From an uncultured Nitrososphaerota archaeon (GTDB taxonomy: Archaea > Thermoproteota > Nitrososphaeria > Nitrososphaerales > CADDZS01), in the NCBI GenBank assembly GCA_963799845.1, contig CAWCYI010000004.1:608001-672000 (forward strand): a DNA stretch of 64,000 nucleotides, given 5' to 3'. The translations under genes were made by a program, and so were the position numbers. Positions within the stretch are counted from its first letter, which is position 1, and the number at the start of each line of letters is the position of its first letter. Of the stretch, positions 19,235-30,653 are shown in pieces. The notes below the pieces were generated by a model. It was not told where the DNA came from and ran no database searches. It was given only the letters and a program-made list of their open reading frames with translations.

Positions 19235-19624
19235 TCATCGTTCTTGTCTTTTCATAACTTCCCGTTGGTAGAGAGGACACAATGTGCATCCCATCGACTC
19301 CATTTCTTTGAGACACTGAAACGCAATTACCTCAGAGACATCAGTGCCCAGATCTTTTGCCAGTTCAAGCAAGATCTCATCGTACATCTTCCAGATTTGT
19401 TCGGCGGACGTAATATTCTGTCCCGTGAGATCGAGCCTTTTTACAATTCTTTCTACTAACATCTCTCCGGCGGATTCTCTGAATATTCGAGAAAGGGACT
19501 GTTCAAGGCAGATTGGGAATCTGTGCTTTTTGCAGTCTTTTATTCTGCTTACAGTGGCTTGATCCAGAACGTACAAGTTCAAAAGATGTTGGTTCTCGTT
19601 GGATAAGGGATAGCTCCCGAACAC
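19235..19624 (-). CDS. Hypothetical protein with C-terminal CxxC
   Basis: Helical ORF ending GCTLCPLY. Confidence 0.55.
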   Translation of the reverse strand: MFGSYPLSNENQHLLNLYVLDQATVSRIKDCKKHRFPICLEQSLSRIFRESAGEMLVERIVKRLDLTGQNITSAEQIWKMYDEILLELAKDLGTDVSEVIAFQCLKEMESMGCTLCPLYQREVMKRQER

Positions 19625-20111
19625 ATGCGTGAATCACACATATGGATCCGCAATACTACTCGACAAGCATGAGCGCCTAGTTTTGAGGGGAAGTAAATCC
19701 ATCCAAATTACTGAAAACTTTACCCGAACCGTATTAGCATATAACGTGCCTCTTGATTACGAGCTCGACAGGATCTTGAAAAATGAACGAGCAGAGCATA
19801 GTCTTGAAATGTGGATGTGAAATAACGTCAGAAGGCAATTACGTATTGGGCAAGGAGTGCGAAGACAGTAACTGTCGAGAATGCCATATTGTTCAAAGGC
19901 TGCACCCGTTTGGAACTGCTCGATTCGCGGACTCTATGATTAGATTAACCGGATAGAAAAGATTCATTTTCAACAAATTTCAGCACACTACGAATACCGT
20001 TTCTGCTAACTTCAATTCGGGGATTCACTTGGGCGAGATAGTAGTGAAGATCCTAAATGGCAGAAACATATACGAATGTAAAATCGGCGGATACTCTGAC
20101 GGTCATACCTG

Positions 20112-21669
20112 CTAGTTCCTTGAAAAGATAAGTTTGCGGCGAACAAAAGCAGGGAGTGCTCCGTAAAAAAACGATTTGTCCTCTTCGTTCAATACCCGGA
20201 GCGCAAAGATGCAGGTCGTGAAAATTGCCGCACCAATCAAAGTGTATGGCAATACCGTCCAGGCCTTACTTGACACAAAGCCTGTCAAGTACCAGATTGC
20301 GACGAATGGAATTAATGCAGATAACGTCGCTTTCATATAAAATCTGGAACTATCAAGTTTCTTCAAAAATCCTCTCGCTACATAGCAAGCCACAGCCATC
20401 CCGGCAATCGCAGAAATTGATCTCGCGATCGAGGCACCAGTAAGCCCAAAGTAGGGAACGAGCAAGACGGACAATCCGAAAATTGTCGCAGCCGCCACCG
20501 CGCTGATGATAAGTACCTCGATGGTATTTCCCGTTGCCTGAAGAAGCGAGTAGATGACCATCTGGACAGCTGAGGAAAACGTAGAGGGTCGCTATAATCT
20601 GGAGCGGTTCTGACCCTGCTAGGTATCTGGTACCTCCAGAGAACAGCTCCAGCAACTGTGGCGCCAGAGCAGCAACCAGAAAGGAGGCAGGCAGGATGGC
20701 GAGAAATACAAATCTGATCGCGAGTCTTAACCCATTCGAAATCTCGCAGAGGTTGCGAATTCTGGACGAAGCTTCGGGTAACAAAGCAGTAATGAGCGGG
20801 CCTATCAAAACAAAGGTAAGCACGTTCGCAATCGTGACTGCGGTGTTGTAAATCCCAAGAGAGGTTGGATTCATGTCTCCGCCAACCACCACAAGATCAA
20901 TGTCCGACGTCAGGATAAAGAAAATTCCGGCGATCCCCAGCGGAATTGAATACCTGAGAATTTTTTGATAGCCGAGCGACGAACCGGTTGATTGCGATCC
21001 AAAACCGGAATTGGACGGAAGACTTCTAATTAAAATTCGAACGGACCAGAAAATGAGCATGCTAAAGTAAATTATCCAAGCGTAGAACGCTACTGAAATG
21101 TTGTGATACAGTTCCAGCCCCACTATCGTTAGGGCAACCATGGCAGCTCGCGCGATGAAAAGCATCCAAGCAAGCGACGCATACTTCTTCAGTCCCTGAA
21201 CAGTCCCCTGCAGTACCGACCCCATCGAGCTTGAAAAGAGCCAAAGGCCCCCAAGAACGAAAGCTTGCGACCATGCGGAGCTTTTTGTGAAGTACTGCGA
21301 AAGAATTGGGGAGAAAAAGATGAATCCTCCGGCCACGAATGAACTCATCAAAAGTGCGAGTATGATAATTTTCTTGGCTCGCGATCTCAGTTCTTCCTCT
21401 CCATCGTTCTTTACGTCGGCAAGGTGCTTCGCGGCGGCCAGTTGGAGACCCATCGGTGCAACAACGGAAGCGATCCCGACCGAGACCGAGACCGCGCTGT
21501 AAACTCCATAGTCGATATTTGGTAGAAGGCGCAGCAGGACGGCGAGGAAGACAAACCCGAGGGCGCTCGTCCCAAGATTCTGGAACGTCAGCGAACCGAT
21601 TCCGCGGGTAATGTGCCGGCTCTGTTCTTCCGGTTCGCTGGTTTCCCCGTTGACCGTCAAGAGCGACAA
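20112..21669 (-). CDS. Oligosaccharide flippase, MOP/Wzx family (1-nt frameshift near 20570)
   Basis: Multi-TM; YGVYS, LRYSIPL, LGIYNTA, LLPEAS, then LLQATG...LVPYFGLTGASIA in the next frame. Confidence 0.85.
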
Positions 21670-21681
21670 GCTCCGAAAGAT

Positions 21682-24175
21682 CTAGAGGCTTGCCCCGGCG
21701 ACGCTGAACAGAAGGAACGACAGGAAGAGAACCGACGATAGGATAATTGTGCCCCTCAGTAGCGGGCGGGTCCCTGATACTCGACCTCCCAGAACAGTAT
21801 ATCCAATCAGTGTCAGCGCGCCGATCGTTGTCGTTACTGTGTAGAGATCGATGCCGTGCTTTGCGTTCTCGATTGCCGGGAGCAAATTGTACTGCGCACT
21901 TCCAAATATCATGTAACCCGAGCCCTGGGTGAAAGTAAGTATCAGGAAGGCGGTCATGGTGCCGAACGCAAGCATGTAGATTCCGACCGGATATTTTTCG
22001 GAGACAAGCGCGTAGACGAGACCAAGCGGGAGGATGAATACCCACCACTGCGGCTGCTGCGCCGAGAAGATCAGGAATACTATGAACGCGATCAGCGTAT
22101 AGGACACAAGGCTCTGGAAGTCGTATTTCCTACGGATGACAAAGACGACTGCGAGGGCTCCAAGAAGTATGACCAGAGGGTGCAGGGCTGCGATGGACGG
22201 AAAGTTCGAGAGAATCGTGTAAGGGGTGTGCGGTGAAGAGAGGAGCAAGACCGAAGAGACTCCCGCGGCGGCAGCGAAGATGAGGTATATGAGATGGAAT
22301 TCCGGCGGGTAAACGACCAGAAGCACCAGCGGGCTGAGTAAAATCAGTATCGAGGTTATCTTCAGGGGCCTAGTGAACAGCGATTTCAACAGAAGGAACG
22401 CGAGAGGAATCAGCCCTACCATTTCGATTAGGGCGGATATGGCGAAGGCGAGCGATGCTTTCCAGTCCTGCAATATCGATCCTGTCTCCTCAGCATTCCT
22501 GAACATGAAGACAAAGCCCAGAACGATGAATGAGACTGTCGCAGCTTCGTACTGTCCCCACACTGATGAAACGTAAATCGAAAGTGGATTCAGCAGATAG
22601 AAGAAAGCAAAGAGTTTTCCAACCTTGCCTGGGTTGAATTTCAGTATCAGATAGGTTACGAAGAGGTCTGCCGTGATCGGGAATGCCTTGAGAAATATTG
22701 ATTCGAAGAAGCCGGTCTGGTGTCCTAGAATGAAAAAGTCCTGGAATCCTGAGCTTTAGTGCCAGCGCGTAAAACGAGTACGGAACCCAGTAGAGGAAGA
22801 AGGTGAACGGCAGCGTTGGGCCGAGAGAAGTACCGGCAGATCCGAATTCAAACCAGCCTCTGGCCGACGTGGCATAGACACTGATGTCAAACGGCTGTGC
22901 CGCAACGGGCGCGAGTGCGAGTCTGCAAATTACCCCCACGCTTATCGCGGCCCCGATCTGCCAGGGCTTGAAATCGTCCTCATCGTGCCTGTACCTGTTG
23001 TAAAGGAAGAATGCGGTGCATATCGGCGCCACGAAAAGGAAGAAGATCAGATAGCCGTACCAGAATGATCCCTGGGAGGCGACTGTTGCCGCCGTTACCG
23101 CGGGGGAGCTCGAATTTTGGACCGGGGTGAACACGAAATTTACGCTCTGCACGGTCACATTGCTAAGAGATCCGGTCTGGGCGACGATTGCAATTGTGTA
23201 TCCGCTGGACGGAGGTAAAGAATCGGGAAACACGATCGGAGTTCCTTTGGGATACAGGGAGTAATCGTAGGATGCAATGGTTGGGCTGTAATGGTACAGA
23301 CTTCCAGGAAGCGCTACGGTTCCATTCAGTTGATAGATTTCAAACGCGGTCCCGGGAGGCGCCGAGATCTGCAGACCGAGATCAATTTTGTTCAATTTCC
23401 AGGATGAATTTCCTGCGGTCGGTAGTTGATCGAACGTCAGGTAAACAGAGTGATAGTTTGATCCGTCCTGGAATGGTACAATTGGATAATTCAAGAACTT
23501 CATGTTCTGGAGAATGAGGCTGAACTGAGTAGTCGCGTTCAGCGCGTGTCTTTCGACGTAGACCTGTATCTGAGAAATGTTTTGGATCGAGGTTCCAATG
23601 TTCTGTTCCGCAAGGTTTTCGATGTTTACTTGAATGTTTTCAAACTGCCCTGTCCCGGTCCTATGGTCAAGGATATCGGAGTTGTTCCAGATGGGAACCG
23701 TGGTTTTTCCGTATGATGTGAAAAATCTAATGCCATAACCTATTCCCTGGGTCACGTCAATTTGCAAGAAGAGTATTGGATAATTCCTGACATTGACCGT
23801 AAGCTTTCTTGAGATCTGGACCGATGACGGAGTCGAGCTGGGTTCGAAAGATCCTGAAAAATTGATGATGTTTGGAGAGCTCAACTGGGTTGTTGTGCTC
23901 GACGATGAAGAACTCGTCAAACTCCAGGGTGACGGCGCCGTGTCCCGGTAGCCTACCGAAGCGTTCACCGACTCGGCGTAGATATTAGAGAGGTATTGCT
24001 GTCCATTTACTTCCTGGAGATTTTGTGGAGGTACCGTACCTGAAAGACCGATGGTAAGCAACACTCCAATAAGTACAACGACGGAGACAATTTTCTTTCC
24101 GCGAGAGAGCTGTAAGACTTTAGTCTTTAGCTCGTCGAAGTAGGTTTTCAATTCCAACGCTCTAACTCCTCCCAA
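21682..24175 (-). CDS. GT-C-type membrane glycosyltransferase with large extracellular N-terminal domain (1-nt frameshift near 22750)
   Basis: RLALAP...PFDISVY; after the shift LKAFPITAD...YLLNPLSIYVSSVWGQYE...QPQW. Confidence 0.7.
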
Positions 24176-25320
24176 ACGGCCATCGACTGGTTTGCAGAGT
24201 CGAGATCGTGGATCGAATCATAGGCCTTGCCGCCCATTTCAGCCGCTGCCTCCGGTTTGTCCGCGAGATGTCTTGCTCGCTGCTGCATCAGCGGAACGTC
24301 GGTCGGATCGCAAAAGTAGGAACTTTCTTCGTCGACCAGAAGCTCCTTGACTCCGCTGCGCGTTGTCAGGATCGTTGCTTTGCGGTGCAGAGCAGCTTCG
24401 GCGGGGATAAAGCCGAATCCCTCGAAAAGCGACGGATGAATCAGGAAACTTGCCTTCGAATACAGGCTGTGCATCATCGAGTCGTTTGAGCCGTAGAAGA
24501 TGTGCAGGTCGACTCCCAGTTTTGACGCGAGAAGTTCGTACTCCTTTTTCAATAGTCCAGATCCCACGATTGAGAGCGCATATTCATCCTTGAGGGGGGT
24601 CATCGCTCTTATTCCCGCTTGGAAATTCTTGTAGGGCACGAATGCTCCCACCATCATCACGTACGGCCTTTCAATATCGAGTGGCACAGTTTCGGCCGAG
24701 AGCAACCCGCTTTCCACAGGTGGATAGACGACAACGGAATCTCTTCCGTAGATGTTCTTGATGTACCTGGCCTGGTACTCGCTGTTCGAGATTATCTTGC
24801 CATACCTTGCAACTGTCTGAAAATCAATTATCCGCAGAATCCGCTTGGAGATCGGAAAGAATGCGAGGCCCAGTCCGCCGAGCAGGTTTCCGTAAAACGA
24901 CTTTGTGGTCTTCTCAAATGTGAGGCTGACGTTCCTGTAGTCATCACCGTGCAGAAGATCCGAGTACGCGGGCTCGAAGATGCTCCCCGAATACCAAGCA
25001 GTCTTTTTCCCAAGAGACCTCACAATCCTGTAGGCGAGCAGAGGCTCAACGTGGTGGTGAATCAAAATCCGATCGTAATCGTCAAGGTCGCGAACCAGCG
25101 TTATCGACTCAGGTTCACCGAGACCTTGAGGAAGAGGCGTAAACGAGATCTTGTTCAACTCCTGCCTCGCCCAGAGGTGTTTGTCTGTAAAATCTGCGAA
25201 CAGGTCAACGTCTTTTCCAGCTTCCTTGAACCTCGAGTAGTGCACGAGCGCTGCGCGCTCTGCCCCTCCAAAACGCCCGAAGGCCTGGATCAGAATAGCT
25301 ACTCTCAAACGAGCATTCAC
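24148..25320 (-). CDS. Glycosyltransferase family 4
   Basis: GGAER, NSEY, VVYPPV, PYKN and PSLFEGFGFIPAEA motifs. Confidence 0.92.
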   Translation of the reverse strand: MNARLRVAILIQAFGRFGGAERAALVHYSRFKEAGKDVDLFADFTDKHLWARQELNKISFTPLPQGLGEPESITLVRDLDDYDRILIHHHVEPLLAYRIVRSLGKKTAWYSGSIFEPAYSDLLHGDDYRNVSLTFEKTTKSFYGNLLGGLGLAFFPISKRILRIIDFQTVARYGKIISNSEYQARYIKNIYGRDSVVVYPPVESGLLSAETVPLDIERPYVMMVGAFVPYKNFQAGIRAMTPLKDEYALSIVGSGLLKKEYELLASKLGVDLHIFYGSNDSMMHSLYSKASFLIHPSLFEGFGFIPAEAALHRKATILTTRSGVKELLVDEESSYFCDPTDVPLMQQRARHLADKPEAAAEMGGKAYDSIHDLDSANQSMAVWEELERWN

Positions 25321-26023
25321 TCAATGAATTTTCTTCCACGTCGCTTGCCCACAAGCGAATCATCTAACTTCTGGAAAATTGCAACAAAAATTCATAGTTA
25401 CAGACAGTTGTAAAAAATTCAGTAATCCGACGGCGGAAACTATTTTCAAAACCAATCATGAAATTATTTGAGATCTCTATCGACATTCAATATCAATTTG
25501 AATTGGACGAGATAGAACTGATATCAACAGATCGTAACGGCGGTTTCCAGAAACGGGGGAAAGATTTTTCGTGCTTGAGAGATCGCCCCAACTCCGTTAT
25601 ACCGTATTACGTTGTTTCGACAGAGGTGATAACCAAATACGATTCAATCAGCTTTCGATGTGGCGTATCAGTTTGCGAATGACAGAACGTTCCTGTAAAC
25701 GGGATCAAGTTCCGATCCCTCAGATTCTACTCATGCGTTTTCGAAAAACGAAAACTGCCAAAGGGATTATTTGCCAATTTCCAGCACTCAGAACTAATAC
25801 AGTAGTCAAATTATCCGATCAAGGATAAGTATCGTAATGACTATGATATCTATTAGAGCTGAACCGGAAATGGCAGTCAAGACACACCCACAAAGGAACC
25901 CACTTTTCGTTTTAGTCTGGGCGCTTACATTTGTCGCGATTTTTGAGCGCAGCCTGACCTTGAGAGAGAGCAGAAAGCGTTCAATTGACGAGTGAATAAG
26001 CGAAAATTTCTGATAGTAATTGC

Positions 26024-26626
26024 TTAGTTGCTCGAACTTTCCCAGTTAGCATCTGCATCTTTGATTTCCCTCTTCAAATCTCTTCGTTGTTCTGCGTCGA
26101 TCGACTTTAGCAGCTCGCGCATAGTTGTCCTCTTTCTGCCGAGATGAATTCTGGCAAACTCATCCTCATCATTCACCCTTTCAAACGGTGTCGTCATGGC
26201 ATAGAAATCCCCGAAGAGCCGTCGTGACCTTATCGGATAGGGAGGCAGGCCGTAAAGCACGACCAAGGCTCCAGTCCTCGTTTGTCTCTGTATTTTCTTT
26301 ATCACTTCAAAACCGATGGAAATCACCGAGTATAGGATCGTTGCGTCGCGATACGAAGCTTTGATGATATCGTTCCAAATTATCGTAATGTTATGCAATC
26401 CGGATTTTTCGACTTCCCGCTTTGCACGCAGGTACCTGTAATAGTGGTCTTCTATTCCGACAGCCTTCTTGACATTTGGAGCGATCCAGATGCACGGGCC
26501 TCCGTAACCGCAACCCAGATCGTAGAATACGTCAGTTTTCGAGGGCCTCATGCGGTTGATGAGATGGGTGAACTCTCTCTTGTCTGTAGCGCGGGGATTC
26601 CCTCGCCACTCTGCTGCACGTTCCAT
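26024..26626 (-). CDS. Class I SAM-dependent methyltransferase
   Basis: DVFYDLGCGYG...AVGIE. Confidence 0.85.
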   Translation of the reverse strand: MERAAEWRGNPRATDKREFTHLINRMRPSKTDVFYDLGCGYGGPCIWIAPNVKKAVGIEDHYYRYLRAKREVEKSGLHNITIIWNDIIKASYRDATILYSVISIGFEVIKKIQRQTRTGALVVLYGLPPYPIRSRRLFGDFYAMTTPFERVNDEDEFARIHLGRKRTTMRELLKSIDAEQRRDLKREIKDADANWESSSN

Positions 26627-26868
26627 TTTTGATTTCTTCCCGTTCAGGATTCGGTTTCCATAATAAGTGGAAATGTGAGTACGGATAAAATAGATTCAGC
26701 GTTCAATCTCTTAATAAGAAAAATCCATGTTGTATGGAACATAGGGTTCGAACAGAATCCGACTTAACATGGCGAAGTTCGATACATCACTGTCAAAGAA
26801 ATGCGCGTTCTATGAAAGTTTGCTGGGGCATTTATCGTGTTAGTAGCCATCCGGGAAAAATATCAACA

Positions 26869-28335
26869 ATGACAATATACTTGCTTGGTCTGGACGGTGC
26901 TTCGACGAATACGATTCAGGAAACGCTCAGTCGCAGACGCCTTCCAAATTTTGAAAGATTGATGAAACAGGGAGCCTTCGCCGACCTTCGCTCGGTGTAT
27001 CCTTATGTCACCGCACCCGCGTGGACAACACTGTTTTCGGGGGTCAATCCTGGAAAGCACGGAATATTCGAGATGTTCGAGATCAGGGAGAACAAGGTTG
27101 TGCCGTCAAACATGCGGGCAACCGACGTCCCGTTCTTATGGGACTATCTCACATGGGCGAACAAGAGGAGCCTTGTCATTGGGGTTCCGTTCATTCATCC
27201 GGCCCCCAAAATAAACGGAATATTCGTTACCGGCAGATTTGCATCAAGACTTTCGTGTTATCCCGAGGATACCGCCACCAGATTTGACCTGAAGGGATTT
27301 GATTACGACGACCTGTCAATGGAAGAGAAGACAGAAAAGATCTTCGCTGAGGGATCTGACAGGATCTCCAAAACTATTTTGGAGAATCTGGAAAAGCGTG
27401 CTGACTCGATCACTAGAATGATCGATTCGGAGAAATGGGACGTGGTCATCGCCGTCGAAGGGCTTCCGGACGATTTGCTCCACATCAGCTATGGGAATGA
27501 TGAGATTGTGGACGAGATGTATTCTTCGCTTGACCGATTCGTCGGGCAGATCTTCCATAGAATGATATCCGACGATGTTCTGATAATTTTTTCCGATCAT
27601 GGATTCTGTAAAGTGGAGAATGTCCTTTTCATGAACGAGTGGCTCCTCGAGAAAAATTATGCAGAGCTGAATGAGAAAATGTTTGCAAGGTTTCTGTTGT
27701 GGCTCGGGGTGGACTGGGATTCTTTGAACGAGCAGGGTTTGACGAGCAAGTTTTTCAGATTCTTGCTGGGACATTTTCCGTGGATTGTCAACAGAACGAA
27801 AGACATGCTCCGGCCCAGCATGATCGTCGATGAATCCAAAAAAATCAAGATCGCTAAAGTAAGCGCCTTCAGCATCAACGAACCGCTCGCCTGGCTCAGA
27901 ATTTCAGAAAAGGAGAATGTCCACATATCCAAAGACGAGTTGGTCACTCAACTGGAGGAACTTCGACAGCAGGGAATTCTCAAGAACATTTTTGAGACCG
28001 AAAAGATCTACAGCGGGAAGTATGTCCAATTCGCTCCCGGTCAATTACTGGTCGAGGCAGCGGACGGCTGGTCGATCGATACTCTAAGATGGCACAAGAG
28101 GAATCTTACAGGAAAGCCACTCTTCACCAAGAAGGGGGTTCACAGGCGAGAAGGAGTATTGTTCATCTATGGCAGAGATCTGGCTATAAGGGTGGATTCT
28201 CCTCGCGTCCACGATCTGGTCCCGACGGTTCTTGGCTTGATGAAGCTCCCAGTACCGGAAAGCATCGATGGAAAGTCTGTTTTGGGATTATTTCAGGTCA
28301 AGAAAGAAGTTCTAAATGTAGCCCAGAGCCTTTAA
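26869..28335 (+). CDS. Alkaline phosphatase superfamily (type I phosphodiesterase/NPP-like) protein
   Basis: LGLDGA, TAPAWTTLFSGVNPGKHGIF, SDHGF, GVHRREG and DLVPTVL motifs; ATG at 26869. Confidence 0.9.
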   Translation: MTIYLLGLDGASTNTIQETLSRRRLPNFERLMKQGAFADLRSVYPYVTAPAWTTLFSGVNPGKHGIFEMFEIRENKVVPSNMRATDVPFLWDYLTWANKRSLVIGVPFIHPAPKINGIFVTGRFASRLSCYPEDTATRFDLKGFDYDDLSMEEKTEKIFAEGSDRISKTILENLEKRADSITRMIDSEKWDVVIAVEGLPDDLLHISYGNDEIVDEMYSSLDRFVGQIFHRMISDDVLIIFSDHGFCKVENVLFMNEWLLEKNYAELNEKMFARFLLWLGVDWDSLNEQGLTSKFFRFLLGHFPWIVNRTKDMLRPSMIVDESKKIKIAKVSAFSINEPLAWLRISEKENVHISKDELVTQLEELRQQGILKNIFETEKIYSGKYVQFAPGQLLVEAADGWSIDTLRWHKRNLTGKPLFTKKGVHRREGVLFIYGRDLAIRVDSPRVHDLVPTVLGLMKLPVPESIDGKSVLGLFQVKKEVLNVAQSL

Positions 28336-28539
28336 GCGAGCCGTCACTACTTCAGTATCTTCCGCTGACAGGTCTTCCGATCTCTTACCTATAGAAGATT
28401 GCAAAAGATAATTGATGTAATCATCAACGGTGGAAAAGCCGGTCCCCGCTATCTTCTTCTGAAATTCATCGTAGATCTCTGAGCTAATGAGGACTGAAAC
28501 TTTCTTAATTTCCTTTGCAGGCAAGTCAATTTGCACCAA
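28312..28539 (-). CDS. CopG/RHH protein with RLKALGY tail
   Basis: VSVLISSEIYDEFQKKIAGTGFSTVDDYINYLL...EVVTARLKALGYI. Confidence 0.8.
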   Translation of the reverse strand: MVQIDLPAKEIKKVSVLISSEIYDEFQKKIAGTGFSTVDDYINYLLQSSIGKRSEDLSAEDTEVVTARLKALGYI

Positions 28540-28737
28540 ATAATCGAAACTCTAATTTCGTGAAAACTTTCAGGAAAACTGCTCTAATTGTACACCGGAT
28601 TCTCGATCAGATATTTATCGAAAGCGGATTCAATATACGAATTATCTTGATGTTACCGAGATCACGCTTTTCGAATATTGCGAGCATTTATCTCTGCCGA
28701 GGTTCCGATTCGTTCCGAGACCTCGGCTTCGATCCAC

Positions 28738-29871
28738 ATGCCCGAAAAGATTCTTTATTCCTCGCGAGACAGAGGTATTTCCCAGATCGTCTCGATTTTC
28801 ATTTTGATATTCTTGCTCGTCATATCGTTGCTTTTTGCCAACTTCTCCTTCGGATCAGGTACAAGATTTCCTTCCTCAAAACCTGTGTTCGCATATTATT
28901 ACGGATGGTACACGAAAGATGCCTGGTACAACGGAATTGGTGGTCCGAATTCTTTGGCTGTGGCAGATTCGCCTTCGATCGGGCTATACAATTCTCAAAA
29001 TACTACCGTGATTGATACTCAGATAAACGAAGCACTCTCTGCGGGGATTAATGGATTCATCGCGTCGTGGTGGGGCCCGGAAAGTCTCACCGATAACTCG
29101 GACAAGATTCTGATAAATCAAGCCTCGAAGTTCAGCGACTTTAGTGTCACGCTCTACTTTGAGACTGAAATAATTCAGGAGATGAATTCGAGCCGGGCAT
29201 CCGAAGGCGCGCAAATCGTAAATGATGTTTCATACATAATGCAAAATTATGCATCGTCTGACGCTTTCACTCAGATCGGCGGAAGGCAGGTCCTATTCTT
29301 CTACGGCGTTGATAACTGGCCGGTCCAGTTCTGGGCAAATGTCACGAACGCTATTCATGCTAACTATCCAGACCTCCGGTTGATTAGTGACTCGTTCAGC
29401 TCTGTCTACCTTTCAGCCTTCGACGGGGCGTCATCCTACGTCGATCTTGGATACATGACCCAGTCCTTACCTCTTGAGAATGAAACTTATCCCACCTTTC
29501 TGCAGATCTCCCAGCTCGCAAGAAGTGAAGGTAAACTCTGGCTTGCTACCGCGTCCCCGGGGTTCAACGGGACAAACGATGGTAAGGACGAATTTCCAGT
29601 TGTTGCAAGAGACAACGGAACCACGTTCATCAAAGGCTGGGAGATCGCTCAGGACTCCAATCCGGATGGGATAATCGTCGGAACGTGGAACGAATTTTAC
29701 GAAGGGACGTCGATTGAACCCGCTACTTCATACGGTACTTCTTATCTGCAGTTGACGGCACAGCTTTCCATGGCTTGGAGATTGCCCTCACCTATTCCAA
29801 GCGGAACTTCGTTTGTATACCGATTTGTTAGTTACTGGAATCATTTATACGAACCTTATGGCAGTAGCTAG
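28738..29871 (+). CDS. Secreted GH99-like glycoside hydrolase
   Basis: RGIS class III-type signal, VFAYYYGWY, GINGFIASWWG, WNEFYEGTSIEP. Confidence 0.8.
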   Translation: MPEKILYSSRDRGISQIVSIFILIFLLVISLLFANFSFGSGTRFPSSKPVFAYYYGWYTKDAWYNGIGGPNSLAVADSPSIGLYNSQNTTVIDTQINEALSAGINGFIASWWGPESLTDNSDKILINQASKFSDFSVTLYFETEIIQEMNSSRASEGAQIVNDVSYIMQNYASSDAFTQIGGRQVLFFYGVDNWPVQFWANVTNAIHANYPDLRLISDSFSSVYLSAFDGASSYVDLGYMTQSLPLENETYPTFLQISQLARSEGKLWLATASPGFNGTNDGKDEFPVVARDNGTTFIKGWEIAQDSNPDGIIVGTWNEFYEGTSIEPATSYGTSYLQLTAQLSMAWRLPSPIPSGTSFVYRFVSYWNHLYEPYGSS

Positions 29872-29888
29872 GCGAGCGGTTGAGCATA

Positions 29889-30047
29889 ATGGAGAAGATA
29901 AATTCCAAGTGGCATGAGGCGCACAAAATGCCGCCTCACCCGACGGTGGAGCAGAGAATGGAATGGCACACCGAGCACGTCAAAAACTGCGGCTGTAGAC
30001 CAATTCCAGCCAAACTTCCAGCCCAGTCAAAAAAGAGAAGTGAATGA
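29889..30047 (+). CDS. 52-aa His/Cys small protein (not in ORF track)
   Basis: MEKINSKWHEAHKMPPHPTVEQRMEWHTEHVKNCGCRPIPAKLPAQSKKRSE*. Confidence 0.7.
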   Translation: MEKINSKWHEAHKMPPHPTVEQRMEWHTEHVKNCGCRPIPAKLPAQSKKRSE

Positions 30048-30218
30048 CAAAGGTCTCTGCAAGATATCTGATCCTGTTCGACTAAATTCCTCATTTCCAT
30101 CAGAAAGGGACGCGTCGTTTCAGGAACTTTGGACTGCTTAGGTTGAACAGCGTCCTGGCCAATGTCAAAATTCAAATTTTTTTATCTTCTGTTCCGATGT
30201 CGGAAATCGCTTTGGGGT

Positions 30219-30653
30219 TCACCACCGGAAAACATACCCGCGGCGTCTCAACTCATGATCGAGTTCGTCCTTTCGCCCTCGCACAAGTTTGGCTGCATGA
30301 AGTAAATCGCTCTCTGTCCAGCTCCTTAATTCTGCGGGTGTCAGCATCTCATTGTAGACTGGCGCTGACATTGCTGACTTGTCCAAGAACTCGTCCAATT
30401 TTCGTCCAGTACTATCCAAACGGGTTTTTGACTCCACAAATTCTGTCAGAGCGGTACGAAAAACGCTAGTGACATTACAACCCTCTTTCTGCGCTATTGA
30501 GACAAGAGCTTCAAAAACTGGCCTATCGACCTGCCTAAAACTAACGGGGAATGTAAATGTCGGTTGTGGTGTCACGAAATAACTTCCACTTGATTTCAAC
30601 CAATCAACTTTCTTGTGATGCATCATGCACTGCGCGCTCTGACAGATCCTCAA
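30219..30653 (-). CDS. RHH-like DNA-binding protein (start uncertain)
   Basis: TFPVSF...VFEALVSIAQKEGCNVTSVFRTALTEFV. Confidence 0.55.
   Translation of the reverse strand: MRICQSAQCMMHHKKVDWLKSSGSYFVTPQPTFTFPVSFRQVDRPVFEALVSIAQKEGCNVTSVFRTALTEFVESKTRLDSTGRKLDEFLDKSAMSAPVYNEMLTPAELRSWTESDLLHAAKLVRGRKDELDHELRRRGYVFRW

Noticed and set aside
14048-25805. Further single near-matches to the radA box (ATACTGTAA at 14048, ATACAGTAG at 25797)
   Set aside because: Single mismatched copies without the 11-bp-phased partner.
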